A stretch of 64,000 nucleotides of DNA, from NCBI RefSeq assembly GCF_006345805.1, contig NC_042997.1, forward strand, positions 12,400,001-12,464,000, given 5' to 3'. Under the pieces are notes generated by a model. That model had not been told where the DNA came from, made no database searches, and worked only from the letters and a program-made list of their open reading frames with translations. Position 1 is the stretch's first letter. Every line of letters starts with the position of its first letter. Source of the DNA: Octopus sinensis (Eukaryota). Of the stretch, positions 28,943 through 42,288 are shown one piece after another. A program made the position numbers and the translations under genes.

Positions 28943-29310
28943 AGATGGCGAGCTGGCAGAATCGTTAGCACGCTGGACGAAATGCTTAGCGGTATTTCGT
29001 CCGTCGCTACGTTGTGAGTTCAAATTCCGCCGAGGTCGACTTTGCCTTTCATCCTTTCGGGGTCGATTAAATAAGTACCAGTTACGCACTGGGGTCGATA
29101 TAATCGACTTAATCCCTTCCCCCAAATTTGAGGCCTTGTGCTTCCAGTAGAAAGGATTATTAATTATGTCAAGGCGTCGAGCTGGCAGAATCTTTAGCAC
29201 GCTGGACGAATTGCTTAGCGGTATTTCGTCCATCGCTACGTTCTGAGTTCAAATTCCGCCGAGGTCGACTTTGCCTTTCATCCTTTCGGGATCGATAAAT
29301 TAAGTACTAG
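28943..29310 (+). mobile_element. Two tandem SINE family B copies
   Basis: GGCG...GAGCTGGCAGAATC head at about 28947 and 29174, with the family core repeated. Confidence 0.85.
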
Positions 29311-30614
29311 TCACCTCCCCTCAAATTATGTCAAAAAAAAAAAAAGAGACGAATTCGATTTACATGATAAATTAGCTAGCCAAGTCTTTTATAAATCACA
29401 CCCATGTCTCTTAGCTGAATGAAAAGAAAAAGCAAGGTGGGGACAAAAAAAATATTACGTCTAAGAAAAAATCAAACGGATGATCATGACTAGTTTGAAA
29501 GTCTAAGATGTGCTAGATATACTTGCTCAGGCCCGACCGGAGTGAAACAAGTTACAAAAGAAAGCAGTTAAATGGCTCGTTGAGGCTTAATCGAACCATA
29601 CTTTTGTTTTGATGTATTAATTTACCCAAAACCTAGTCTAAGAAAACTCGTTCAAAACACTCTTACTCCTCCTGCTGCAGCTGTTTCACCCGCTCAACCA
29701 TTACTTTCTCCTCCACCTCTCCTCCTCCTCTTTATGTCATCCTCCCTCGTCTCCTTTTCCCTCTCTACTTACTTTGTATAAATAACGATGTAATTTCTAA
29801 AGGTCTTTTAAAAATCTTGTTTTCCTAAAGCTAAACATTTCTGTATGTCACCCGAATCACTAATAGAAAAGCGATTAAAACATTATCATTGGACCATATC
29901 AACCTTAATGACCTATTTCTACTCACCACCTTAGAAGAGACTGAAAGGAAAATAGATACTACCACATCACTTTGGGCTAACTAAAAAACAAAGAAATACT
30001 GGACATATGCACATCGTCTACTTACTGATGCACAATCGTTGGACATACCAGTTTAATTTACATCAAATCATACTCCACTGTCTTAGGAAGGAATGTGCCA
30101 TAAGATACAAGCAGTTCAACGCTATCAGTGAACATTTACCTTGGACGGAGTAGCAAAATGTACAGACGCTGTGTAATGTTTTCTCGTGGTGGTACACAAT
30201 CACCTGTTCATTGCTATGGACGATATATACACTTTAATCGACCTTATATAAGAGAAAAAGAGCGATTCCCCATATCATCGCTGAACCTGTTAGAAATAGC
30301 AGCTAAATCTCTCTCATCACTCTCTACCATACGAAAATAGAAAGGGCCATATCACACATCATACATTCGTATGCAATTACTCCCCAATGCAGATAGATCA
30401 CGTTATACTAGGATTTACTTTAGCGATTCTTCCCATAGAAAGCATATATCTGTTGATGAGAAGCTCGCTTTGTAACCACATGCTTCCAGGTTCAGTTCCA
30501 CTGCACAGCATCTTCTGCAAGTGTATTCTGCTATTGCCCAGAGCCGACCAATAACTTGTGAGTAAATTTGGTAGATGTAAATATATGGAAGCCCATCGTA
30601 TATTTTTCTGTTTG

Positions 30615-30709
<95 letters not shown>

Positions 30710-30934
30710 GTCTACCTACCTATCTATCTGTCTATCTATCTATATATACTCATTAGGTATTGGAATCTTATATATACTCATTAGGTATTGGAATCTTATA
30801 TACCATTCTGCCTAAAAAAATGGATCTACAACTTCAATATCCTTACATGTCTCACATCTATTTTGTTTCTCCCACCTCACTCTCTATTTTGTATCATATC
30901 TAAATTAACTATTACTTAACCGTCCTCTCACACC

Positions 30935-30986
30935 GTCTCCGATGAAGGGATATAATTAATAGATATTATGGAAACAGCTGCAAAAC
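30935..30986 (+). ncRNA. Degenerate type I hammerhead-like motif in a Penelope-like remnant
   Basis: GTCT CCGATGA AGGGATAT AATTAATAG ATATTATG GAAA C AGCT GCA AAAC. Core is recognisable with a palindromic AGCT loop but carries U4C and GUH-to-GCA changes. Confidence 0.4.
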
Positions 30987-31088
30987 CTTGTATCTATAAC
31001 TGTTCTAATATCTACACAGCCTTGGTTTTTTTATCTCATTACGCAAAAAATTCTTATATCTGTCTATTTATCTATCTATCTATCTATC

Positions 31089-31176
<88 letters not shown>

Positions 31177-32294
31177 GTCTGTCTGTCTGTCTGTCTGTCT
31201 GTGTATACTTCAGTGTCTTTTGCAATTGGGTTTTCTCCCCTTATCGCTTAACATCCGGTGTTAGAGACCGATAGAATAAATACTAGACCTGAGAAATAAA
31301 TGCTGGGGTCGATTCGTTCAGCTAAACCCAGCATGGATGCAGTCCAATGATTGAAAGAAGTAAAAAAGTAGAAAAGAGAAGAGAAGAAAAAGATAATTAC
31401 ATTCTTGGACACATTTTAGCAATTTTTGGAAGCCATCTCAATTACATTATAATTTCGTCTCGTTTTATAATTAATGAATTCATGACCCTGTTTCTGGGAA
31501 CCTAACCCAGTTGGAAAAAGGATTGTATGAAAATTTGAACAACAGAGTATAAAGCTGAAGAAATCCAATAAAAAGGAGAAGAAAAGAAAAACGAAACCAT
31601 CTTCAAAATATACAAACAGAGATGAGCATTTGGTGTTACGTTGAGAAATTGACACGATTCTCTTGAACTCGCAAAATGACAAAAAATAACAATGAGAAGA
31701 GGAAGAAGAAGAAGAATAAAGAAAAAAAAGGGAAAAAAGAAAGAAAGGAAGGAAAGATGACGGAAGAAACAAAGCTGAACTGAAATAAGTAAAAGCAAAA
31801 TAAAACGATAAATCAAAAAAAAAAAAAAAAAAAGTGGAGGATCGACACGAATATACGAATAATGTTGATGCTGATGAGGATGAAAATGATATTGATGATG
31901 ATGATGGTGATGGTGATGGTGATGATTAGGATGCGAAGGAAGAAGAGGAAAAGAAAAAAAGGACGAGAGGACCACAATGCCTCACGCAAAAGAAGAATAT
32001 GACATTTCTTTTAATGCAAACGAAGAATGTCTCACTTCAACATCTCCCCAACACTATCATCGTCTCTTACCAAGATATAACAAAATAAATAAATAAATAA
32101 ATAAATAAATATAAACGTAAGGAACTGAAGCAAAAATAAGAAAAAAATAAAAGAAACGGGGGGGAAAAAAACCCCATTTCACACAGACACCACACATACA
32201 AACACACACAAAAGAAAACATTAAAAAAATATAATATAATACTAACCAAATTATCGGTAGTGATAAATGGAAGCAGATAGAGGAATAATTAGAA

Positions 32295-32341
<47 letters not shown>

Positions 32342-32358
32342 TAATAATGATGATAATC

Positions 32359-32397
<39 letters not shown>

Positions 32398-32450
32398 TAA
32401 TAATAATAAATAATAATAATATAATAATAATAATAAAAACAACAACAACA
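32295..32450. repeat. (AAT)/(GAT)/(AAC) microsatellite
   Basis: Direct reading. Confidence 0.95.
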
Positions 32451-32743
32451 GTAAATGATAAAAAAGATGATGTATTTTTATAGTAGAAATGGAGCGAAGA
32501 AGGAACGAAGGAACATCTGAGAGACTGTGAGAGGAGAGATAACTAATGTAGCGAATGAAATATGAGGGAAAAAAATGGAGACGAGATTAGACTTCGTAAA
32601 TAAGAGATAACAAACACGTGGTGCATTGGAGATAGTTTTACGTTATAGGTGTAGGAATGTATGTATGTATGAATATGTATATGTGCATATATATATATAT
32701 AATATATATATATATATGAAAAAGCAAGTCAAGATAGAAAATG

Positions 32744-32781
<38 letters not shown>

Positions 32782-33230
32782 AGTACATGTATATATGCAT
32801 TTATGATTTATGAATGCACACACGAGCACACCCACTTACACACACCCACACTCAAATGTATATATAATTACCTTCCAGTGGTATGAAATTTTGTGAAATA
32901 AACAAATAAAGAAAATGACAAATATTTAAACAAAAAAAAAATATGAATACACACAATAGATATATATAGACTTAAGTGAATATCTACTAATACATATATA
33001 TACATGCTTGTGTGTGTGCCCCCACGCGCCTATCTCTATTGCTATAATGTACTACAGCAGATACCTAGACAATTTCTAATCAATGCTATGTATGTTGCGA
33101 TGATTGTAAACATTTTTCTGTATAAAGGCAGCGTTTATACAGACAGAAGTAACAGTAATATACCTATATTTCAACTTCGTCACTATTTCTATCAGTAACT
33201 GTACACTTTTCTAATACCCGGTATAAACCA

Positions 33231-33544
33231 CGTTTACTTGTTTCAGTCATTTGACTGCGTCCATACGGGAGCACCGCCTTTAGTCGAGCAAATCGACCCC
33301 AGCACTTATTCTTTGTAAGCCCAGTACTTATTCTATCGGATCTCTTTTGTCGAACAAAGGGGACGTAAACACACCAGCATCGGTTGACAAGCGATGCTGG
33401 TGGGGGGGGGATAAACACAGACACACATATATATACATATACACGACGGGCTTTTTTCAGTTTCCGTCTACCAAATCCACCCACAAAGCTTTGGTTGGCC
33501 CGAAGCTATAGTATATATATAGTATATATATATAGTATATATAG

Positions 33545-33605
<61 letters not shown>

Positions 33606-33772
33606 TGCAACGGGCTTTTTTCAGTTTCCGTCTACCAAATCCACTCACAAGGCTTTGGTCGGCCTGAGGCTATAGTAGAAGACGCTTGTTCAAGGTGCCA
33701 CGCAGTGGGACTGAACCCGGAATCATGTGGTTGTTAAGCAAGCTTCTTACCTTACAGCCACTCCTGCGCCTA
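33231..33772 (-). mobile_element. SINE family A with internally duplicated segment around a (TA)n expansion
   Basis: ACGGGCTTTTTTCAGTTTCCGTCTACCAAATCCAC occurs twice (about 33446 and 33610). The head ends CTCCTGCGCCTA. Confidence 0.8.
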
Positions 33773-34232
33773 CTGATATTCTGCTGATAAATCTACTAAT
33801 ATTTTCACTATCAGACAAGAAAATGTTAAACAGGCAAATTGGTGTATGCACTTTATTGTAGCCACTGATATCAATAGGTTTACAAGTAGCAGGTTCGTGA
33901 ATAGTTACGAATATTCGAATGTTTTGTCAGTTACTGGGGAAACTCCAGTGCTGAAATATGCAGGACATGTAACTGGGTTTTTTTTACGTCCGTTTTATTT
34001 TATTTTTATCATTGATTATGTAGACATAATTCAAGAAATCCATGCGGTAGTGAGATGATTTTAGAGTCCTGTCTTATGGAGAGAAAACAAGACTTTCGGT
34101 GATACGAGAGCTTTCCACGCTTCAAAACACTACCACCACGAAATTCAGAGCTACAACGCCTGAGTAAAAGCAGTAGCTATATCAATAACCACCTACGAAG
34201 GAAACCATGGTGCAGGGCCTACAAAAACAACA

Positions 34233-34460
34233 TATTTCTTTACTACCCACAAGGGGCTAAACACAGAGGGGACAAACAAGGACAGACAAACGGATTAAGT
34301 CGATTACATCGACCCCAGTGCGTAACTGGAACTTAATTCATCGACCCCGAAAGGATGAAAGGCAAAGTCGACCTCGGCGGAATTTGAACTCAGAACGTAA
34401 CGGCAGACGAAATACAGCTACGCATTTCGCCCGGCGTGCTAACGTTTCTGCCAGCTCGCC
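34233..34460 (-). mobile_element. SINE family B, full length
   Basis: 13-bp TSD TACAAAAACAACA at 34220-34232 and 34461-34473. Confidence 0.9.
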
Positions 34461-35003
34461 TACAAAAACAACAGAACTCGAGTTCTAACGAGGAAGTGCC
34501 GGGGAAATGGCAGAAAATAGAGAAGCTGACAAGGTTAAAATGGGTGAAAAAAAAGGAACAAAAGTCACCGACATAATTCCAAGATTCGAACACTTGGAAC
34601 TTTTCAAAATAACAAAACTAAAAAGGAAAGCACGATGGAGAGAAACGAACCAGTTAACTGGCATTAGTAACACGAATAAAATGTTTAATAGCAATAAGAG
34701 CAGTATCAATATTAGTTTTAAATTTTGGCACAAGGCCAGTAAATTTTGGGGAGGGGCAAAGTTGATTACATCGACCCCAGTGCTTGACTTGCACTCATTT
34801 CATAGATCCCAAAAGGATGAAAGGCAAAGTGACCTCGGTGAAATTAAGCTCGGAACGTAAAGTCGGGCACAATCTATGTATACACATGACGGATTTCTTT
34901 CAGTTTCCATCTACCAAATCTACTCTCAAGGCTTTGGTCGGCTCGAAGCTATAGTAGAAGATACTTGTCTGAGATGTCACGCAGTTGGACTAAAACCAGA
35001 ACC

Positions 35004-35235
35004 TATTTCTTTACTACCCACAAGGGACTAAACACAGAGGGGACAAGCAAGGACAGACAAACGGATTAAGTTGATTACATCGACCCCAGTGCGTAACTGG
35101 TACTTAATTTATCGACCCCGAAAGGCTTAAAGGCAAAGTCGACCTCGGCGTAATTTGAACACAGAACGTAACGGCAGACGAAATACGGCTACGCATTTCG
35201 CCCGGCGTGCTAACGTTTCTGCCAGCTCTTCGCCT
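35004..35235 (-). mobile_element. SINE family B nested in a family A head
   Basis: 20-bp TSD GTTGGACTAAAACCAGAACC at 34984-35003 and 35236-35255. Confidence 0.9.
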
Positions 35236-37095
35236 GTTGGACTAAAACCAGAACCATGTAGTTGGGAAAGAAACTTCTTCTTTCGCACTGCCACTTTCAT
35301 TCTGAACGATAACGAGGGCTACGACATTTGGCCATCTTGAACCGAGTGATGTGGCTATAGTATTTCTGAGTAAGTGTGACTTTCTAGGTAGATTGGTAGT
35401 TCTAAAGCGAAACAATTGTGCTTAGTGGGTGTTGGAATGGGTTTGAGAGTTGAGCATCTTCAGGTGTCTAGATGTTTCTCTTGCAACAACTCTTTAGTGG
35501 GCTGCTGTAAAAGTATCTTATCCATACATAGGTAATATGTGGAAATACTCACTATAATAGGGTGTGTAAAAATTCTGCAAATCTTCTCAGGCATTTCCAC
35601 CAATCTGACACATATCCCCTAGGTTTTCTGCACACATCAATGCAAATAAAACATAGCAGGTCATCCAGATTCTACTTACACAGAGTTTTCATTAGATTAT
35701 CCTGTAGAAATAGTGTAAGTTGTACGCAATATCTGGCAGCTGGCTACACAGAGCACATATTCATGTTACACACAATTAACAAAGACAGTAAAAGTAGGCT
35801 TCTGGTTAATTAAATCCAAATCCGAATGTATTTTTCTCAATATGTAAAGATTTCAGACGTCGGAGTTACAAATTCGTTTAGTGGGAATTAATGAATGCAG
35901 ATCTCATTAAAAAGAAAAAAAAAATGGAGCAGATACTTGCTCGTTTAGGAAAGATGTACGAAGCAATAAAGAACAGCAAAGTAGTGTCGGAACTTGTCGG
36001 TCGGTTTGAAGACGTGAACAGTAAAAATATCACGATGTACTTGCGGTGAAAATAACACTTGATCACTACCTCAGTAAGGAGCATGAGGTGTGCAGCATTC
36101 ATGTCTGGGCGGAGCATGCACTGAAAAGTGAAGAAGCGAACACTGAGGAAGCAAGCACGGATTATAAAGGCGCAGCGTGTTATTCAATTCTCAGTAGATA
36201 TTTGTAGATTTTCAGAAGTACTTTACCAATTTTTTACTAGTTCGGTTTAAATCTCAACATGGCACAAGATGATGAATATGGATAATCTTATTCAGAGATA
36301 AGATGAAAGAAAGCTAATTTCTCAGAGATAGAGGAATGTGGTGCATAAATACATCGACTGTTGGTATATTTCAGTCTAACCGCTATGCTTTGTCTTTAGT
36401 TCACTACTAGAGGGGTCATAATCCGGGATAAAAGTTAATCAATGCATGTTCGCAATAGGCCTGAGAAACAACAATATTTAGAATATACACTCAGACTAAA
36501 AGATTAATCCAAATGAAAATATAAGTCGAAAGTTTAGCTATAAATCAAACAGTCAAAAATTCTAGATTTTGTCTGAACTGGGTCTTTATTTTACAAACTC
36601 GCGATAGATATAAAGCTAAGTTGGCCTCGGCCTTATTAAAACACAGACTGCATAAAGCAGGAACAAATGAAACTGGTTGAAGGTGAAACATCATATCGCC
36701 ATCTCACGCTGCAGCCGTACACTCAACCAGGGACTTCTTCGTCAAGTCTTCCATGTCTTCGATCCAGTTTTGCATTTTTCACCCACGTGTCTGTTATCCG
36801 TCCACCCCACCCCGAAAATGCAGGAGTAGTGGGTCTTTGTGTCCTAATAACGTGGCCAAAATTTTTGATTCCTAACAATCGTTATTAGGTTTCTAACTGC
36901 TTACATCTGCTACACCGATTTGCAGGGCTATCTTATAACACACCCACACTAACAGCCAACGTCGCTCGGTGTTAGAGCCACCCTTACGGTCTATACTTTA
37001 CAATCATACCATTTAATTGGCCAGGCCAGGGTTTTGGAAGTTTCAGCTTAATAAATGCTAATACACACGCACTCACAACACACACACACACACAC

Positions 37096-37136
<41 letters not shown>

Positions 37137-37269
37137 CCATACGGTGACCAGTAATAAAGTCACAGTTTTAGTTAGGAAAAAAATCACAATCTATGGGATC
37201 TAGACAAAACCCCGCTAAGACAGCATCGTTTGTCAGGCGATAGTGGGGAGACAAAGACTGACAGACACA

Positions 37270-37312
<43 letters not shown>

Positions 37313-37315
37313 TAT

Positions 37316-37675
37316 ATGGTTCCGGGTTCAGTCCCACTGCGTGGCATCTTGGGCAAATGTCTTCTGCTATAGCCCCGGGCCGACCAATGCCTTGTGAGTG
37401 GATTTGGTAGACGGAAACTGAAAGAAGCCTGTCGTATATATGTATATATATATATGTATGTGTGTGTTTGTGTGTCTGTGTTTGTCCCCCTAGCATTGCT
37501 TGACAACCGATGCTGGTGTGTTTACGTCCCCGTCACCTAGCGGTTCGGCAAAAGAGACCGATAGAATAAGTACTGGGCTTACAAAGAATAAGTCCTGGGG
37601 TCAATTTGCTCGACTAAAGGTGGTGCTCCAGCATGGCCGCAGTCAAATGACTGAAACAAGTAAAAGAGTAAAAGA

Positions 37676-37721
<46 letters not shown>

Positions 37722-37884
37722 GGCGGTCTTCTTTCTGTTTCCGTCTACCAAATCCACTCACAAGCTTTGGTCGGCCCGACGCTACATTTAGTAGAAGGCA
37801 CTTGCCCAAGGTGCATGCAGTGGCAATGAACCCAGAAGCATGTGTTTGACAGGCAACCTTTTACTACACAGCCACTCCTGTGCT
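37316..37884. mobile_element. Inverted pair of SINE family A copies (+ 37316-37676, - 37720-37884)
   Basis: Family A body on the plus strand, then (TA)n, then its reverse complement. Confidence 0.8.
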
Positions 37885-37932
37885 TATGAATATAATTTAT
37901 ATGAACGTATATGCATGCTTATATGTGTATAC

Positions 37933-38013
37933 ATGCACTCACAAAAACACACGCTGATACACTCACAAAAACACACGCTGATGCACTCACAAAAACACAC
38001 GCTGATGCACTCA
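37933..38013. repeat. 24-bp minisatellite, about 3.4 copies
   Basis: Unit ATGCACTCACAAAAACACACGCTG. Confidence 0.85.
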
Positions 38014-38276
38014 TATGTATAAAATAACTCATGAATCTAGATAGTCGGAACATTTTTAAGTATATTTAAATCACTATCAAATGCCTAAGTGTTTGTGTGT
38101 ATACCTGTGTGTACTTGTGTGTGTGTTTGTGTGTATGTCTATGCAAATATCCACACGAGCATACGCAAGCATAGATATGTTATCTTCATCTCTATCATTC
38201 GCCGTCTTTATCTCTAACATTTATTGTCCCAATATATACATATTAAAAAATAAATAATGAAAGCCACTCATAAATA

Positions 38277-40400
38277 GGGGAGACCGGGTCTAGGTTACAT
38301 TTTTTCATCTTTTTGCCTTGGCACCCACATAAATGAACACAGCTGAAGTTTCTTTTCAGATTTAATTAGTAAAACATCTCTATTGTTATCACCAGAAAAA
38401 AACAGAAATTACATAATGTTAATTAGACAGGTTCTAATTAATGAGGTGGTGTCAGCTGTAACAATTTTCTCCTAATGCGGGGTACGTTGTGACACTTACT
38501 GGGGTACTTTGTTACAACTGTCGATAACTCGGAATTATGTTAACAAACAGGTTTTAAATGAATACGTCTCCTGCTTCTTGCATCTAAGAAATATTATTTC
38601 AATTAAGTAACTGTGCTTTGAACCACCTCATATCCTAACTGTGATAATGTGAGTCCTCATCAGCAAATTTTCCTATTGTTACATGTGCCATCTAGTCGGA
38701 ATCGTCCTCTAATAACTTATTACCACACAGATCACACAGAAAGCCCTGTCGTCCATCGGTACAGTCAGTGTGTGCCCAGTCTTTACAGATCATTGCACCC
38801 ATTTTTCACCTGGAGGGGAGTTGGAATACCAGTCTGAGTAGACAAGGCATTTCCAGTCGGCGACTTGCTTGCTGTGAGGCTGCTTCCCTTTGTCTTTACC
38901 TGTTTTAGTTGACTTTCTCTTTCCCTTTGTTGCCTTTTCTGTACTAGTTGCCTTCATTGGTTTGGATTTCCGTTCGTTTATTTCATCCACTATGCGATAT
39001 TTTACGGGGGTTAGGGTTACAATGGCTGTTTGGCACCTCTTGTGACTTCCACGAGCTTGACCTATCTTCCTGGAGGATGCCTTCCTTAATGGGTGCAATA
39101 TCTCTTGGCTTGTGACAACACCAGCAGAAAAACTTGGGCCTGGTGTAGGTTAATCTGTCGGACCGTCTTGCCGTTCATTGACCTGGTCGCCTGGTTGAAC
39201 GTCTGACTTGTCATCTGGCTGCAAGTTAAGCTGGTTTTCTAGCTGCATGCCAGGCTGCACATCAGGATGGTCGCCTGGCTGCATCTCAGACTGGTCTTCA
39301 TCTTGTTTTGGAGCAGGACGGTCCGTGACGTAACTTGGAAGGAATTCGTCATCACCAAAGACATCCCTGTTAAACTTGTCCACGTTAGTTCGATTGAAGC
39401 TTGTTGCCCTACTCAGACTTGTGGCTTCTGAGGTTCGGATGGAGAGGTTGGAATCCGCTTCATAAACTTTGAGAACTAGTCAACACCAGCGCATTCATTG
39501 GCAGACCAGGAAGCTGGACACTTGATTTCATTGGCCTTCGCATAGTTGTAAGCAAGGTTTCGAATGCCAGAAGGAGTCAAACCATAGTAAATTTTAGCAG
39601 CTTTAAGGAAGTAGGTCACAAGCAAGTCTTCTTGCTTCTTGGTAAAAACTGCACGCAGAGAAGCATATCCAACACTGGCTATTTTTCGCTCTGTCCTTAG
39701 TTTCTTGCAGTATCTCTGCAGCGTCATGAAATTCACCTGGAAATATAAAGAAGTTGGAGGTTTATTTTTTGGTGCAGCTGACGTTCTGTTAACATCTTAA
39801 AAGGTTAGTGTAAGAGATACCGGTAACTTCATATCTAAAGAGCCTGAAACCTACCTCGAAATTTTTGGCAACATCCCGTAATGATTTCATTTCACCCACA
39901 ACTTTTCAGGCAGCTCTTTCCATGACATAAGGAGGGGTATCCCCGCTTGTAGTCTTCCTTTTGTAATTTTTAGGCATGACGTGTTAAACTGAAATAGAAG
40001 GAATAAGTTGTTACATGCCTGGGATAAGTTGATTCACTGTAACAATTAGCCCCGACCTTGGATTTCTGGATATTACTTTGTATACAGCACTAGCAATGTA
40101 TAGCATCCAAGACACACCTTCATGTATCGAAGGCAACTTCCAACACTTTCTAATAAGCCACAAACTACTTCAGTAACACCACTTGTGCTTTAGTAGTTAA
40201 GGAAATAACTTTGTGGCAAAATTTCATTTTTGGAGTAAAAAACCGTCTTTTGAGTCATATATTTCCTGGTGACAGCCCGCTAGTGCAATACACATGTGCA
40301 GTCATGATGCTATGGAGTTGGCGTTCACGAGATAGAGACCCAAGTGGAAACAATGGGCTTGTAACAACTTACTTGTGTAACAACTAGACGCGGTCTCCCC
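38277..40400 (-). mobile_element. pogo-like (Tc1/mariner superfamily) DNA transposon, internally deleted, 2124 bp
   Basis: TA TSDs at 38275-6 and 40401-2. TIRs GGGGAGACCGGGTCTAG and GGGGAGACCGCGTCTAG match at 16/17. Transposase remnants lie inside. Confidence 0.9.
38692..39977 (-). pseudogene. pogo-like transposase pseudogene (HTH_psq, CENP-B HTH and PHD finger; DDE domain deleted)
   Basis: Exon 1 at 39977-39855 reads MPKNYKRKT...AA*KVVGEMKSLRDVAKNFE. A GT-AG intron spans 39854-39737. Exon 2 reads VNFMTLQRY...VFTKKQEDLLVTY...YYGLT..IRNLAY..A..N...P.SW...CAGVD*. C-terminus is WKCLVYSDWYSNSPPGEKWVQ/ICKDWAHTDCT...CDLC, with stops and frameshifts. Confidence 0.85.
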
Positions 40401-40529
40401 TACATAATTACAATTTTGCACAAACATCAACATATTGATACTGATACTTATGCTTATACATTGAAACACGTACTATGTATCCCCACTGTCGCCTTTGTCG
40501 GTATATATATATATATATATATATGTATA

Positions 40530-40659
40530 TAAGAATTTTTTTGCATAATATAATAAAAAAAATCAAGGGTGTGCAGATATTAGACCTTTTATAGAGAGAA
40601 GGACTAACAGCTGTTTCTTGGATATTTATTAATTATATCCCTTCATCTCCGATGAAAGG

Positions 40660-40667
<8 letters not shown>
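40530..40667 (-). mobile_element. Penelope-like remnant (same family as 30.9 kb) with hammerhead core broken by an inversion
   Basis: Minus strand reads GATGA AGGGATAT AATTAATAA ATATCC AA GAAA C AGCT GTT AGTC. The plus strand carries inverted TCTCCGATGAAAGGATA. (TA)n lies on both sides. Confidence 0.5.
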
Positions 40668-40701
<34 letters not shown>

Positions 40702-41072
40702 TAGATAGATAGATATGTAGATATAGATATATATATATTAAGCGTAAAGGTATAGGGATTTCTGTATAGTTTATTAATATATTTATACGGACATTTTTGA
40801 ATATAAATTAATCACGTGTTTCCTATTTCTTGCTATGTCAAAGAATTTCAGAATATACACCTGCATTCTAGAATAAGAATGATGCTTTCTATACAGCGTG
40901 GAGAGCAGTCGAAAGCGATGATGCAGCTCTATTACAGGCTGGGCACAGCAGGGCCTATGATATTTAATAGTACTACGTTCCCAAGTGGTTTCAGGTTCGA
41001 TTCTCCTGCGCAGCACGGAAGGAAAGAGATTTCTACATCATATCAGTATCTATGGGTGTATTGTATTGGGAT

Positions 41073-41460
41073 GGATGGAAGCACTCCGTCGGTTAAGACG
41101 ACGAGGGTTCCGGTTGATCCGAATCAACGGAACAGCCTGCTCGTGAAATTAACGTGTAAGTGGCTGAGCACTCCACAGACACGTGTACCCTTAACGCAGT
41201 TCTCGGGGATATTCAGCGTGACACAGAGAGTGACAAGGCCGGCCCTTTGAAATACAGGTACAACAGAAACAGGAAGTAAGAGTGAGAGAAAGTTGTGGTG
41301 AAAGAGTACAGCAGGGATCACCACCATCCCCTGCCGGAGTCTCGTGGAGCTTTAGGTGTTTTCGCTCAATAAACACTCACAACGCCCGGTCTGGGAATCG
41401 AAACCACGATCCTATGACCGCGAGTCCGCTGCCCTAACCACTGGGCCATTGCGCCTCCAC
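41073..41460 (-). mobile_element. SINE family C, long tail, full length
   Basis: 11-bp TSD TGTATTGGGAT at 41062-41072 and 41461-41471. Confidence 0.92.
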
Positions 41461-41904
41461 TGTATTGGGATACACTGAAGCAGAATAGTGTTTTCTGTTA
41501 CACTCCTTCACACTAGAATGTGACTCCGTTCTTAATCAATAGAGATATATATGACCCATCAAACTTCTAAATATGGTGCTGCAACATGTGCAGAGCCCAA
41601 AGACTAAAGTAGTGAGAGAATAAAAATGTAAATGAATGTCCTATTTCCTTCGAAATATCTCTCATGGTTTGGTCGAATAGCTCGCAGTATTCCGTATCAA
41701 ATTTTTTCAATGAAGCTGAAAAGAAATGAGTTAACTAAAAGCACTGCCTTCTTTATCGTAATTTAGTTTATATTCTGATTCTAACGTCGTGGTTCAATAC
41801 TTCAGCCTGTTTCGTTAGAACAGGCCAGTTTAATCGTCTCCGAGTTTATGAATGCCATAAACAGCAAAACTGTAATCTCACTTTGGCTGGGAAAATATAT
41901 AACA

Positions 41905-42288
41905 CTAGCAGTATCGCCCGGCGTTGCTCGGGTTTGTAAAGGAAATAACTATATAAGCATTTTTAGAGAGTTATAGCCAAAAAATAGCAAAAAAATGCAT
42001 AAAAATGGAAAAAAAATTATGGTAAATTTTTTTTTAAATCGTTGACTCATCGTAGACATTTTTAGAGAGTTACTTCCCTTATATAATAGCGAAATAAATG
42101 CATTAAAATGGAAAAAAATGGTAAATTTCTTTTTAAATCGTAGACTTGCGCTAATACCCAGAAGGGCTCGATATGAATCACGACTATAAGATACCCGGTT
42201 TTGGTTAAACTGCACCTCAAAATGTGGGAGTAGTTAGGAATCTAAATCGTAGGAGACAGACACACAACCTTACTTTTATATATAAAGA
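41905..42288 (-). mobile_element. Non-autonomous Helitron
   Basis: On the minus strand: A|TCTTTATATATAAAAG start, CCCGAGCAACGCCGGG hairpin, CTAG|T end, no TSD. Confidence 0.88.

Noticed and set aside
35680-35701. Possible 22-nt minus-strand microexon
   Set aside because: Splice-like flanks of this quality arise by chance in 64 kb, and there is no gene context.
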